From Octopus sinensis (lineage: Eukaryota): a stretch of DNA of 64,000 nucleotides. Positions within the stretch are counted from its first letter, which is position 1; each line of letters begins with the position of its first letter. A program made the position numbers and the translations under genes. Where the stretch lies: positions 45,446,001-45,510,000 of the forward strand of contig NC_043008.1 of the NCBI RefSeq assembly GCF_006345805.1, in the 5' to 3' direction. A model generated the notes under the pieces. It did no database searches, was not told the origin of the DNA, and worked only from the letters and a program-made list of their open reading frames with translations. This document shows, in pieces, positions 49,989 through 63,854 of this stretch.

Positions 49989-51659
49989 GATGTAATAAAG
50001 GCCATAGATGAAATGAAAACAGACTCAGCTATTGGCCCCGATGGATTCCCGGCAATCCTCCTAAAAGTATGTAAGAGAGTCCTAGCAAGACCACTGCAGA
50101 TCCTCTTTCAGAGCTTCCTTGCAGCTGGCAAACTTCCCAAAAAACTGAAGGAAGGTAAAATATGCCCTATTCATAAAGGAGGTAGCAGAGGAGAGGCCAA
50201 GAACTACAGACCTATCTATCTCACCTCACACATCAGCAGGTCATGGAACGAATAGTCAGAAGGAAACTAATCACCTTACTTGACGAAAATGACTTGCTGC
50301 CTGACACCCAACATGGTTTCCGACCAGGAAGAAGCTGCTTAACTCAGCTCCTACAACACTATGACTGGGTGCTGAAACAACTGCTCAACCACTCAAATGT
50401 GGAAGTCATATATCTCGATCATGGAATGATATGTCACAAAATGCGTGATATTGGCATAGTTGGAAAATTGGGAGAATGGCTTCATGACTTTCTGAAGAAT
50501 AGAAGTCAGGTGGTAGCAGCCAATGGGGCCACTTCCATTAACACGCAAATAGTGAGCGGTGTTCCGCAGGGCACTGTTTTGGGACCACTTCTGTTCATAA
50601 TGGCCCTCTCAGACATGCCCTCAGTCACGCAGAGAGCCACGATCACAAGTTATGCAGATGATACAAAAGTATCACAGGCAATACAGAACCCTGAAGACAC
50701 TAAGCACCTGCAATGTGAGCTGGACGAAATATACAAGTGGGCTGAAAAGAATAGCATGCAGTTCAATGCTGAAAAGTTTCAAGCTTTATACTATCAGCAT
50801 GCAAAACTGAATGCAATACCCAATGAATACACTGGACCCGGAGGGATTGCAATCCCAGAGGCACAATCAGTGCGTGACCTTGGTATTCACATGAGTGATG
50901 ACGCGACCTTTCATGTACATGTTGCTGAACTGGCAATGAAATGTAGACGGCTGGCTGGATGGATTCTTAGAACCTTTAGAACAAGAGAACAAAAAACCAC
51001 TTAGACTATTGCTCTCAGCTATGGTCACCATCCAGTGCCAAGTTGATCACAGAATTTGAGGCAATCCAACGAAGCTACACGAAGAAGATAGCAGCATATG
51101 AGCTACTGGGAAAGACTCAAGAGATTAAAGCTCTATTCCCTGGAGCGTAGGCGAGAAAGATATGCCATAATATATATCTGGAAGATCCTGGAAGGACTTG
51201 CCCCAGACTTTGGCATCGCGAGTCACACAAATGCCAGAACCGGACGCCACTGCGTAGTACCAAGGACTCCAAATTTGCCATCAAGATGTAGGACAATATA
51301 TTGTGATCGCCTGGGCTTCAGGGGCCCACAGCTCTTCAATATCCTCCCAAAGAACCTGAGCGACCTGCATGGTGTGGATGCGGATGTCTTTAAAGTAGGA
51401 CTGGATCTCTTCCTGTCAGGTGTCCCGGATGAACCAACTTCACGGCAGGAGGTGCAGATGAGGGCAGCTGCATCGAACTCTCTCATGCATCAGATGGCGT
51501 TTGCTAAAAAGCATTCGTGAGGTAAAATCGTGTAGCAAACCAAATGGCGGTGCCCCAGCATGGTCACAGCTCATTAGCTGGAACTGGAAAAATCAAAATC
51601 AATCATATGTATGTATATATATATATATGTATGTATATATATATATAATATTATATATA

Positions 51660-51692
<33 letters not shown>

Positions 51693-51696
51693 ATAA

Positions 51697-51758
<62 letters not shown>

Positions 51759-51968
51759 GTATATTTATATATTATGTATGTATATATATATATATAAGTA
51801 TATATATACTATTTATATATATATTAAGTATATATATATATATGTAGTATATAGATATTATATATATATATATGTATAATATATAGTATATATGTATATA
51901 TATATATATATGTATATATATATGTATGTATATATATATATATATGATATATTATATAAATATATATA

Positions 51969-52004
<36 letters not shown>

Positions 52005-52084
52005 AATATAATATATGTATATATATATGTATGTATCTTATATATTATATTTATTATATATATCTATATATATTATATATATAT

Positions 52085-52233
52085 ATATGTATGTGAGCCG
52101 CACGGGCCCTCGTTTTGGGAATCTCCACTTATAGAAAATGGAAAAAAAACGGTATTTGACTGCCATTTCTAATTCCTTCGGTATGAGGCGAAACAGCCTG
52201 CTGCCTAGCCATCTTCTTTACTGTACTATATAT

Positions 52234-52289
<56 letters not shown>

Positions 52290-52550
52290 TAATGTATATA
52301 TATCGTACAGTAAGAAGATGGCTAGCAGCAGGCTGTTTCGCCCTCATACCGAAGGAATTAGAAAAGGCAGTCAAATACCATTTTTTCCATTTTCTATATG
52401 TGGAGATTCCAAAAACGAGGGCCCGTGCGGCTCACATACACAAATCTCCACTTATAGAAATGGAAAAACGGTCTTTGACTGCCATTTCTAATTCCTTCGG
52501 TATGAGGCGAAACAGCCTGCTGCTAGCCATCTTGTTATACTTACTATATA
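52085..52550. repeat. Direct-inverted-direct triplication of a ~140-bp unit around a (TA)n tract
   Basis: AATCTCCACTTATAGAAA..GCGAAACAGCCTGCTGC..AGCCATCTT is direct at ~52090-52230, inverted at ~52300-52440, and direct again (partial) at ~52443-52535. Confidence 0.85.
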
Positions 52551-52994
52551 CTGAACCTTACAAAGGTCTGACGATAAATTGTCGTATTTACATACCGAAA
52601 TTTACCGTAAATAATTGTTGGTTACATGAAAAACCACAGAAAATTATTTACCATTCTTATTGCATTATGTAATATATATATAATATATACATATATATAT
52701 ATATATTATATATATATATATTATAATATATAATATATATATCTATATAATATATATATAGATATATATATATATATATATATATTGTATATATATTATA
52801 TTTATGTATATATATTATGTATATATATATATAGTATATATAATATTATGTATGTATATATATATATATGTATGTATGTACTAATCTATATATATGTATG
52901 TAATATATTACATATATATGCATGTATATATATCTATATATATCATATATATATATATATATATATATATGCATGTAATATATATATATATCTA

Positions 52995-55230
52995 TACTAT
53001 ACTCTTTTACTCTTTACTGGTTTCAGCCATCGCATATCCGGCTGAGGCCATGCTGGGCACCGCCCTTGTTGCTACCCTCTCTAAGTCCAGTTTGCCGTGG
53101 CTGGCCACTGATCTAAGAGAGAGTTTGTAGCTGCTGCCCTTAGGTTACCTTCGTACCTTGCAGTGGGTTCATCTGGGATCCCGGAAAGCAGCTTGTCTAG
53201 ATGTTTTTTGAAAATGTCCACATCCGCATCATGTAGATCTCTTAGTTTTCTTGGCAAGTTGTGTTGAACAGCTGAGGGCCCCTGAACCCCAGGCTATTAC
53301 AGTATCTGCTCCTTACCCTGGATGTGGAAGACGGGACCTTTGGCACCACACAGTGACGTCCTGTACGGGGATTGGAAACGCTCTCAATTCCAAAATTTGG
53401 TGCTAGTCCCTCCAGGATTTTCCATCTGTATATCACTGCATATCTCTCTCGTCTTCGTTCCAAGGAGTACAAATTGAGTTCCCTAAGCCTCTACCAATAG
53501 TTCTTTTCTTTCATGGTGGAAATCCTCTTGGTGAAATGTCTTTGGATTGTCTCAAGCTCTGTGGTTAGTTTGACACTATGCGGTGACCACAGTTGGGAGC
53601 AGTAGTCCAGGCGGCTTAGGCAAATGTCCTCCATAGTGTCAACATGGTTCTCGCAGTCCTCTCTTGTCCGGAATGTCCTCAGGATCCAGCCAGTGAGTCG
53701 TCTGCACATTGTCGCCACCTTCGCGATGTGTGGAAGAAAGAAGTTGCATCGTCACTCATGTCTATCCCCAGGTCCCCGTATTGATTTCGATACTGGGATT
53801 TCGATCCCTCCTGGACCAGTATAGTTGTGTTGTAATGTATATGTGTTTACAGCTTGATATTGTAAGGCTTGAAATTTACCAGCATTAAATTGCATGTGTT
53901 GTCTTCAGCCCATTTGTATATGGCATCCAGATCTTGTTGTAAAAGGTCAGCATCAGCTGGGTTTTTGATTGCCTGTGCTACCTTTGTGTCATCAGCATAG
54001 CTAGTGAGGGATGTTGTTTGTGCTACAAGGGCATGTCAGAGAGCGCCACCACAAAACAGCAAGGGTCCCAAGACGGTGCCCTGTGCACCCCCGCTTGCTA
54101 TTGGTGTCTTTCCCGAGAGGGCTCCATTGGCTGCAACCATCTGGCTTCTGTCCTTCAGGAAGTCATGTATCCACTCACCTACTTTTCCTGTTATGCCGAA
54201 GTCTGAGTAATTTGTGACATTCACTCCGTGGTCGACTTTGTCAAATGCCTTCCGCAAAGTCGAGATATACCACATCCACTGTGAGCGATCCAGTAGTTGT
54301 TTCAGTACCCAGTCGTAGTGTTGTAACAGCTGCGTAAGGCAGCTTCTTCCTGGGCGAAAGCCATGCTGGGTGTCAGTGAGACGGTTAGTTTCTCTCGAGG
54401 ACGTGATCAGTTTTTTCTGATGATTCGTTCCATGACCTTACTTATGTGTGACGTCAGGGAGACTGGCCTGTAGTTTTTGGCCTCTGCTCTACTCCATCCT
54501 TTGTGGATAGGGCATATGGTGCCTTCTTTTTAGCGCCCTGGCAGTTTACCGTTAGCCAAGGAACCACTGAAGAGTTTCTTCATGGTCCCGCTAGGGCATG
54601 CCTGCATGTTTTTAGGAGGGATTGCTGGGAATCCATCTGGTCCACAGCTGAGTCGGTTTATTCTCATTTCTTCTATGGCAGATATTACATCCCTCTCTGT
54701 TTATGTCTATGTGGTCGATGGTTGTTGTTTGTTTTGGAGTGGTTGTGGCATCAAAGAAAACTTCTGGGTTTGTGATTTGCATGTGCCCAGAGGGGATGTG
54801 AACACACTTTTATACTGTTCCTTTAGTATTTCACTTATCCCTGGGGGTCCTCAGTTAGAGAGGCCCTTTTTATCAAAGAGTGGGCCAATCTTGCAGTGTA
54901 CCGAGGTGGTTTCTTTCGCCAATTTAAAGAAGGCTTTAGGGTTTGTTTTTAATATCTCTATGGCCCTGGCTTCTCTCTCTGCCCTCTCATTTCATAGAAA
55001 AGTTTGAGTGCAGTTTCCGTTTCAAAAAGTTTCAGGTGGAGTCCCCTCATTGTTTCTCTGCCGTGCATTCAGTTGCGTCGAGAGCTTAGCTCTTCGCCTC
55101 ATAAGTTTTCCTGTCTCTGGGAATAACGTTCCTATGCCCGCTGGCTTTTTTCTCCGGGACAAACTTATGGCATATGTTCTGTATTGTTGTCATGAAATGT
55201 TGGAAATGTGTGTTGGTGTCTGTGTGTGAT
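52995..55230 (-). mobile_element. Family A-related LINE ORF2 remnant with 3' end and (AAAAGAGT) tail
   Basis: Minus strand GPLFDKKG, QHGFRPGRSCLTQLLQHYDW, KAFDKVDHG, YADDTKV, LYSLERRRERY. The 3' end reads GGCGGTGCCCAGCATGGCCTCAGCC..GGCTGAAACCAGTAAAGAGTAAAAGAGTA. Confidence 0.88.
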
Positions 55231-55278
55231 ATGAAGTCACTCCATATACATATATATACATTATATACATATATATAC

Positions 55279-55316
<38 letters not shown>

Positions 55317-55734
55317 TATATGTGATATATACATATATATATGTATATACATATATATATATGTATATATACATATTATATATATATACATACAATATAT
55401 ATATATATACATATATCATATATATTATACATATATACATATACACTATATATCACATATATATCTATATATACATATCGATATATATACATATATTATA
55501 TACATATATACATACACACATATATATATACACATATATATATATGTATTTACATATATATATACATATATTACATATATACATATACACATATATATAT
55601 ACATATACATTAATAACATGTATATATACATATATATAGACAACATATATATAATATACACACTATATATATATATACACATATATATATATATACATAT
55701 ATATATATACACATATATATATATAATACTTTGA

Positions 55735-55782
55735 TACTTTGATAGGTTTCGGCCATTATTGACCCAGGCCATGACTATCAAC

Positions 55783-55787
<5 letters not shown>
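55735..55787 (-). mobile_element. Isolated 3' terminus of a family B-like LINE
   Basis: Minus strand CATGGCCTGGGTCAATAATGGCCGAAACCTATCAAAGTATCAAAGTAT, homologous to the termini at 42764-42792 and 59372-59400. Confidence 0.6.
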
Positions 55788-55849
<62 letters not shown>

Positions 55850-55992
55850 TATATAAACATATATATATATATTAAACATATATATATATATAAACATATA
55901 TATATTATATATATAATATATATATTATAAAAATATATATATATACCATGATATATATAACATATATTATTATATACATATATATATATACC

Positions 55993-56023
<31 letters not shown>

Positions 56024-56109
56024 GTACTTATATATATATATATATATTATATAGTACACACACATATATTTCTATATATATATATAAAAACATATATATA
56101 TATATATAT

Positions 56110-56158
<49 letters not shown>

Positions 56159-56574
56159 ATAACCATATATATATATATACACACATATATATATATAAAC
56201 ATATATATATAAACATATAATATATATATAACATATATATATATATAATATATATAAACATATATATATATATAAACAGATTATATATATAAACATATAT
56301 ATATAATATATATAAAACAAATATATATATATATATATACACATATATATATATATGTATAATATACATATCTATATATATAAACATATATATATATACA
56401 CACAGATGTATATATGTATTATATACATATATACATATATGACATAATACATATATATATATTATTATATATATATATATAATATATATATATATAATAT
56501 ATATATAATATATATCTATATATATATATATATATATACACATAATTTTATATACACACATATATATATTATAT

Positions 56575-59420
56575 ATGATCGTGCTGGCAGAAGAGGGTGG
56601 GGACTGCCATTTATGTCCATGATTCATTCTGAACAGAAGCCATGAACATATTTTCAATGGATACCGCGAAGCAGTCGCTGTATTCAGTCAAACCAACAAC
56701 TTAACAGTAGTGGGTCTCTACAACCACCCCAAACGCCCTCTACCATGCTTCAAGGAATGTCTAACAGCATAAAAGTGTTTCATTCAGCAGTGTCAACCTG
56801 ACAACCTTTTTAAATGATGGGAGACTTCAACCTTCCGGGGTGACTGGTTTACAAACAGTCTGCCGCCAGGTTCTTTCTCCAAACCCCTGACAGGGAGGCA
56901 GTGGAATCGCTTCTTGACTTCATGGATGACTTCTTCTTGTCCCAACTGGTACTCGAACCAACGAGAGGTCACAAAAACGTCTTAGACTTTATTTTTCAGC
57001 AATCACACTGATACTATCAACAATATTCAGTGGAGAAAACCCTACTATCCGACCATGACATGGTTCTCTGTGATCTGAGATTTCACTGGCCAAAATGCAA
57101 AACAAATGTCATCCCTCCTGTTCATCCATTTGACACTATGGATTTCCACAATGCAAACTGGGAAGCGATCAATAATGATCTTGAACAAGTCGATTGGGTC
57201 CTTCACGCACACATACACACCCACTAACATCAAACAGTCCTGTCAGTCACTTGTAGACACCATCACGAACATATGTGCAAGACACACCCCATTAAGATCG
57301 CAAACAAATCTAAGTGTTGAATCCCTAGAATAGAAAATCTCTCATAAGGAAAATTAAAAGAATCAACAAAAAGATCAACATGGCTGAAATACTGTCAACA
57401 CCAACACACCAACCTGACTGCCATCTCGTCGCTAGAGATTAAAAGACATAAACTCCAAAACAACATGATGTCTATCATCAATAGTCAGCGAAGAGAGCTG
57501 AAGAGGCCTGGGCATTGAGAAGATCAAACTCATCCAAAAGTGTTCCTTTTCATTTGCAAAAAAACACAGAGTCACTGGTTCTACTGTTGCCCCTGATTGA
57601 TGAAATGGTACTCTTCAAGACAATGCCAAAACCATGGGAGAGGATATTGCTGAAACAATATTGCTCTGTTTTCAGCAATCCTGATATGAACTGACTGGGC
57701 TGTATCAGTGATGTTACTCGCCAATACACTTTATCAAGACATACATTTGGCGCTCCTGATGTCTTAGCAGCAATAAAGTAAATGAAGCATAATTCAGCAG
57801 TAGGTCCCGATAGGTTCCCTGCTTGTGTCTTGAAGATGTGTCCAAAACCAACTTGCACCCCCTCTAGCCATCTGTGGCGGAACTCACTGGATGCTGGATA
57901 TATACCAGAAGACCTTCTATCCCAGTCTGTTGTCCCAATTTCAAAAAAGGAAACAAATCGCTTGCCGTGAATTACCGTCCAATCTCACTCACCTCTCATA
58001 TCATCAAGGTATTTGAGAGGGTGCTGAGATCGCGTATGACTCACTTCCTTGAGAGTCATAATATGCTGAACCCCAACCAGCATGGATTCCGTAATGGGAG
58101 AGATTGCCTGACGCAGCTACTGCATCATTTTGATGACATTTTGAGAGCCTTGGGAGAAGGTTCCAACACTGATGTCATCTACCTTGATTTCAGCAAGGCC
58201 TTTGACACGGTTGATCATAAGATCCTTCTGAGAAAGCAGTCCAATATTGGTGTCACTGGAAAGCTGCTGCAGTGGATCAAGTGCTTCCTGTCTAACAGAA
58301 CCCAACATGTTGTAGTCGAAGGAGTCAAATCCAGCCCAGCCAAAGTCTGTAGTGGTGTCCCACAAGGCACTGTGTTTGGCCCACTTCTCTTCATCATCTA
58401 CATAAATGATATTACTGACACCATCAAACACAGTAACATCAGAACCTTCGCTGATGATTCCAAGCTCCAGAAGGTCATCAATGGCGTGGATGACCGAATA
58501 AACCTTCAGTCAGACCTACTGGCTGTTGTCCAATGGGCGGAAAAGTATAACATGTTGCTAAATGAAGACAAATTCGAACTGATCCACTTTGGAAGGGAGG
58601 ACGCTCTGAAACTCCCATACTCTCTTCCTTCTGGAGAAATTCTCATGGCATGCAACAACATCAGAGACCTGGGAGTAACAGTGGACAACAACATAAGCTG
58701 GGCTACACATATAAGCAGCAAAGTTGACATGGCCCGCAGAATGTGTTCCTGGATTCTCAGAACCTTCCAGTCGAGAGATTCCCACGCTATTATCCTTCTC
58801 TTCTCCACTTTTGCCCGACCCCACCTTGAATACTGCTGTCCACTGTGGTCTCCCTACACAAAGCAAAATATTATGAGAATTGAAGCTCCCCAAAGGGCAA
58901 TCACAAAAAAGATAGATGGCATGTCAGACCTTGACTACTGGGGTAGACTAGAGAAGCTGAAATTGTATTCACTCCAACGACGCCGTGAACGCTACATTAT
59001 CTTTATGATGTTGAAAATATTCCATCAGCACTGTCCGAATGATGTTGGCATCACCTTCAAAATGCATCCAAGGCTTGGACCACGTGCCATCCGTCCACAA
59101 CAAAAATCTAAATCGCATCACATAACGACAATACGGCACAACTATTTCACCTCAATAGGACCCGCTCTCTTCAACATTACACCAGGACACGTCAAAAAAG
59201 AAACTGACCACACAAAATTCAAGAAGTCTTTGGACAAATTCCTTCAAAGAGTACCGGACAAACCACCCACACCCGGATATGTCTCCGCAAACAATAACTC
59301 TCTGCTCGAATGGGCCTTGGTGCCCAAATCCTGAACTGAAAGACTTCGCCAGGTAGTGCTATTAAGTTAGACATGGCCTGGGCCAATACTGGCCAAAACC
59401 TTTCTAAGTTATTCTAAGTT
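56575..59420 (+). mobile_element. Family B LINE ORF2 (partial APE + RT); the last 486 codons are open
   Basis: MGDFNLP, LLSDHDMV, then ORF 57874-59334 with NYRPISLTSH, QHGFRNGRDCLTQLL, YLDFSKAFD, FADDSKL, PHLEYCCPLWSP; same 3' motif as the 38230 copy. Confidence 0.92.
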
Positions 59421-59492
59421 ATATATATATATATATATAAGTATGTACAAATTAAAACCATCTGAAATACAAAGAAGGGAAAAACAGAAAAT

Positions 59493-59592
59493 NNNNNNNN
59501 NNNNNNNNNNNNNNNNNNNNNNNNNNNNNNNNNNNNNNNNNNNNNNNNNNNNNNNNNNNNNNNNNNNNNNNNNNNNNNNNNNNNNNNNNNNN
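59493..59592. other. Assembly gap (100 N)
   Basis: Run of N. Confidence 1.
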
Positions 59593-61245
59593 ATACTCTC
59601 CTCAATACTGCTCCAAGAACACACACCATAAATCACAACAGGAGACCCCACATCAACAAAGAACAAAAACTATATACTAGCTACCGTCCCAACCACCGCA
59701 TTATTTTTTAGACCCAATACGCAAACACAGAGACACAAGATAGCACCAAACAAGCAGGAGGAACCAAAAGTAATAAAAATTATCAATCTAACTCACAAGG
59801 AACTAACAGCAAACCAAATAAACATACTTTCCAAAGGACTCAAGTTTACACCCACCCCCACAACACCCCAACTACAATGAAATGAAAGAAGACATCGTAG
59901 AATTCTGCAGAAAATTAAGACTTACTGAGGAGCTATACGATAAATACAACGAGGACGAATCGTTAGCCAGAAATAGGAGTAACTAACACCCCCTCGAAAG
60001 GTAAGAACATAGCACTTGATGATTTCTGTGACCACATCAAATTACCCATATCAACATATGCACAAACAAAAACACAAACCAAACTCAGCAAAAAAGAATG
60101 GGGCTGAGTTGAACAAATTAAAACTAGATAAACAAAACAATCAAAGAGGCCGATAAAGGGAGTGCTGTTGTCTTAATGGATACGACATTTTACATAACTT
60201 TGGTACTTTCTATGCTGGAAGACACAACATACTATGAAAAGGCACAAAACTACAGTCAACAAAAAATAATGAGGGAACTAAAATACATATTAAACCCATA
60301 CAAAGCAGGGCTCACCGACAAAGAATATGATTATATGACCAATTTCACAAGCAAAACCAGCCAATTCTAAGATCCACAAAAGTGAGAAAATAAGCAACGC
60401 ATGCAAGATAGCTACAGACAAAATAATTAAAGTCCCTAATCCTAATGACCTCAAATTGAGACCCATAATAGCAGGTCCCGCATGCGAAACCCACCGCCTC
60501 AGTAACTTTTTAGACACCCTGTTAAAACCACTCCTCAAACATGTCAAAAGCTATATAAGGGACGACTTAGATATGCTCAATCACCTACTGAATACTATAA
60601 GCAAAAACACCATACTGGTATCCTTCGATGTAGTCAACCTCTACTCCAATTTCCCCCACAACCTAGGACTAGAGGCAATCCAATTCTGGCTAGAAAATCA
60701 CGCCAACGAACTACCACATCGCATCAAAAAAGAATTCGTGATAGAAGGGGTTAAATTCATCCTGGAAAATAATTTCTTCGCCTTCAATGACAACTTCTAC
60801 CGACAAAAATCGGGGACTGCGATGGGTACACGAATGGTCCCCTCCTTTGCCAACCTAGTCATAGGATATCTAGAGATCAGTCTGTATCGTAAGGTTCTAG
60901 AAAGATATGGCAGCCCTTTCTCCATCTACATAGAAAACAACTGGAAGAGATATCTAGATGACTGTTTCATCCTTTGCCATAAAAATATAGAAAAACTCAT
61001 AGAATTCCAGGAAATTTTAAACAGACTGGACGTAAACATCCAATTCACGATGGAATATAGCCAGCAACAACTCCCCTTCCTCGATATCCTCATTAAGAAA
61101 GCTAATAATATAATAGAAACAGACATATATTATAAGCCAACAGACTCTAAGCAATATCTTCCATTCAATTCATGCCACCCCAGACACACCAGGATGAATA
61201 TCCCCTTCAACCTAGCAAAAAGGATATGCACTATAGTCTCATTCA
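59593..61245 (+). mobile_element. Penelope-like element reverse transcriptase remnant (Penelope/Poseidon-type), lacking the GIY-YIG C-terminus
   Basis: KIINLTHKELT..LSKGLKFTPTP, EADKGSAVVLMD, LRPIIAG, SYIRDD, LVSFDVVNLYSN, GTAMGTRMVPSFANL, WKRYLDDCF, LPFLDIL, YYKPTDSKQYLPFNSCHP. Confidence 0.88.
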
Positions 61246-61310
61246 GCGGTGGTGCCCCAGCATGGCCGCGGCATTCGGGCTAAAACATTTTTAAGGATTT
61301 AAGGATTTAT
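61246..61310 (+). mobile_element. Very short family A LINE/SINE 3' end that truncates the PLE RT
   Basis: GGTGGTGCCCCAGCATGGCCGCGGCATTCGGGCTAAAACATTTTTAAGGATTTAAGGATTT directly follows the PLE ORF. Confidence 0.6.
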
Positions 61311-61359
61311 ATATATGTATATATATATTTGTATTTATATATATGTATATATATATATA

Positions 61360-62843
61360 GTCAATGTTGCTTAGGACAAGTGTCCTCCAGAGGACCATCA
61401 TGGTTTCTTGTTCTCTTGTTCTAAAGGTTCTGAGAATCCACCCGGCCAGTCGTCTACATTTCATTGCCAATTTAGCAACATGTACACGAAAGGTTGCGTC
61501 ATCACTCAAGTAAATAACCAGGTCACGCACTGATTGTGCCTCTGGGATTGCAATTCCTCCGGGTCCAGTGCATTCATTGGGTATTGCATTTAGTTTTGCA
61601 TGCTGATAGTATAAAGCTTGAAACGTTTCAGCATTGAACTGCATGCTATTCTTTTCAGCCCACTTGTAGATTTTGTCCAGCTCACATTGCAGGCGTTTAG
61701 TATACTCAGGGTTCTGTATTGCCTGTGAAACTTTTGTATCATCTGCATAACTTGTGGTCGTGGCTCTCTGCGTGGCTGAGGGCATGTCTGAGAGGGCCAT
61801 TATGAACAGTAGTGGTCCCAGAACAGTGCCCTGCGGAACACCGCTCACTATTTGCGTGTTAATGGAAGTGGCTACTACCACCTGACTTCTATCTTTCAGA
61901 AAGTCATGAAGCCATTCTCCCAGTTTTCCAACTATGTTGAGATCACGCAGTTTGTGACATATCATTCCATGATCGACTTTATCAAAGGATTTTGCAAAGT
62001 CGAGATATATCACTTCCACATTTGAGTGGTTGAGCAGCCGTTTCAGCACCCAGTCATAGTGTTGTAGGAGCTGAGTTAAACAGCTTCTCCCTGGTCGGAA
62101 ACCATGTTGGGTGTCGGGCAGCAAGCAATTTTCTTCAAGGAAGGTGATCAGTTTCCTTTTGACTATTCGTTCCATGACCTTGCTGATGTGTGAGGTCAGA
62201 GAGATAGGTCTGTAGTTCTTGGCCTCCGCTCTGCTACCTCCTTTATGTATGGGGCATATTTTACCTTCCTTCAATTTTCTTGGAAGTTTGCCAGCTGCAA
62301 GGAAGCTCTGAAAGAGGAACTGCAGTGGTCTTGCTAGGACTCTCTTACATGCTTTTATGAGGATTGCCGGGAATCCATCGGGGCCAGTAGCTGAGTCTGT
62401 TTTCATTTCATCTATAGCGTTTATTACATCGTCTTCCTTTATATCGATGTAATTTATCGTCGCCGCCTCTGATTTTATATCTGCAGTGGTAAAAAAGTCA
62501 GTTGGATTGGTGATGTGGAGATGCCCAAGGGGTGGAGTGAAAACACTCTTGAATTGGTCATTCAGTATTTCACTTACCCTCATTGGTTTTCCTGTGAGTG
62601 TGCCATCATTTTCAAGGAGTGGCCCTATTCTACAGTGCACCGTAGCTGTTTCTTTGGCATACCTTTAGAAAGCTCTGGGGTTAGATTTTATGTTGTCTAT
62701 AGCCCAGGCTTCTTTGTCTGCTCTTTCCTTTTCATGGGAGAGTTGCAGACATTTTTCAATTTCCAACAGTTTTATTTTTAGGCGGGACTTTTCACTGCTT
62801 TCAATCTGTTTGTTTAGGCGACTTGAAATTTTTGTACGCCGTC
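61360..62843 (-). mobile_element. Family A LINE RT fragment, very similar to the 45525-51605 copy but inverted and uninterrupted
   Basis: Minus ORF 61291-62640 [39 protein letters not shown]. It carries the empty site GAAGAC-GATGTAATAAAC-GCTATAG at ~62419-62436. Confidence 0.92.
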
Positions 62844-62865
62844 ACATAAGGCATGTATATATATA

Positions 62866-62919
<54 letters not shown>

Positions 62920-62925
62920 CATATA

Positions 62926-62958
<33 letters not shown>

Positions 62959-63104
62959 TTATATATACATGCATACATATATATATAGATACATACATAC
63001 ATATATATATATACATACATATTTATATATACATGCAAACATATATATATATAGATACATACATACATCTATATATATACCTACATACACATATACATGC
63101 ATAC

Positions 63105-63151
<47 letters not shown>

Positions 63152-63164
63152 TTATGTATATATA

Positions 63165-63208
<44 letters not shown>

Positions 63209-63854
63209 ATATGTATATATGTATATTTCATTCAAATTTTACACATGCCTTACTCAGGGTCCATGTAGTTTCATGGGTAAAAACAATGTTCAACTTCTTG
63301 ACTAGAGCGAGCCCATAGCAATATCATATCTTCTCCACTGTTTCAGTAGTCTTTTTTGTCAGATGCATTCACTTTAACAATAAAAATAATAATAACAATT
63401 GAATTATATGTAGTAAGTAATAATTAAAATCAACTAAAGTATAATGTAATCGTAAAAAAACAAAAGTAAAAATAGCAATTGGTATAAAATTGCATGAATG
63501 ATTTGAACTTGAATGAGTGGTTTCACATGAATGAGAATAAATTAAAAATTAAAATTGGCGTTCAGAAATTGAATAGTTCAGATGGATAAAAAAAAATTAA
63601 ATTAAAGAAATGACTATTGTCTATAAAGTATACGATGTAGAGAAAAACGAAGAGCTGACAACTCCAGTCTGACATATATTTTGAGTATTGTTATCACTAG
63701 CGATATCAAGATATAAGTTTGTATTTTGCATTTTATGTGTAGATGTATATATATCGATGTACTTGTAATATGTACACATATATATATACACATATATACA
63801 TGCACTAGCACTATGATCCGGCAACGACGGGTCTTTAATGCTAGTATAAATATA

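Larger units (their letters stand above)
45525..51605 (+). mobile_element. Family A CR1/L2-group LINE (APE + RT), interrupted by the array 2 insertion at 46987-49988
   Basis: [24 protein letters not shown] to 46986. It resumes at 49989 with DGFPAIL, QHGFRPGRSCLTQLL, GVPQGTVLGPLLF, YADDTKV, LYSLERRRERY. 3' end GGCGGTGCCCCAGCATGG..CAGCTCATTAGCTG. Confidence 0.92.

Noticed and set aside
52150-52215. Hammerhead in the triplicated unit (TTGACT-GCC..GGC-GAAACAGCCTG)
   Set aside because: The core lacks positions 8-9, and there is no U16.1 or cleavage triplet.
54503-55229. Plus-strand ORFs over LINE copies (also other antisense ORFs such as 45810-46919 and 58117-58893)
   Set aside because: They are antisense shadows of the LINE ORF2.
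59409-59666. ORFs spanning the N run
   Set aside because: Artefacts of the assembly gap.
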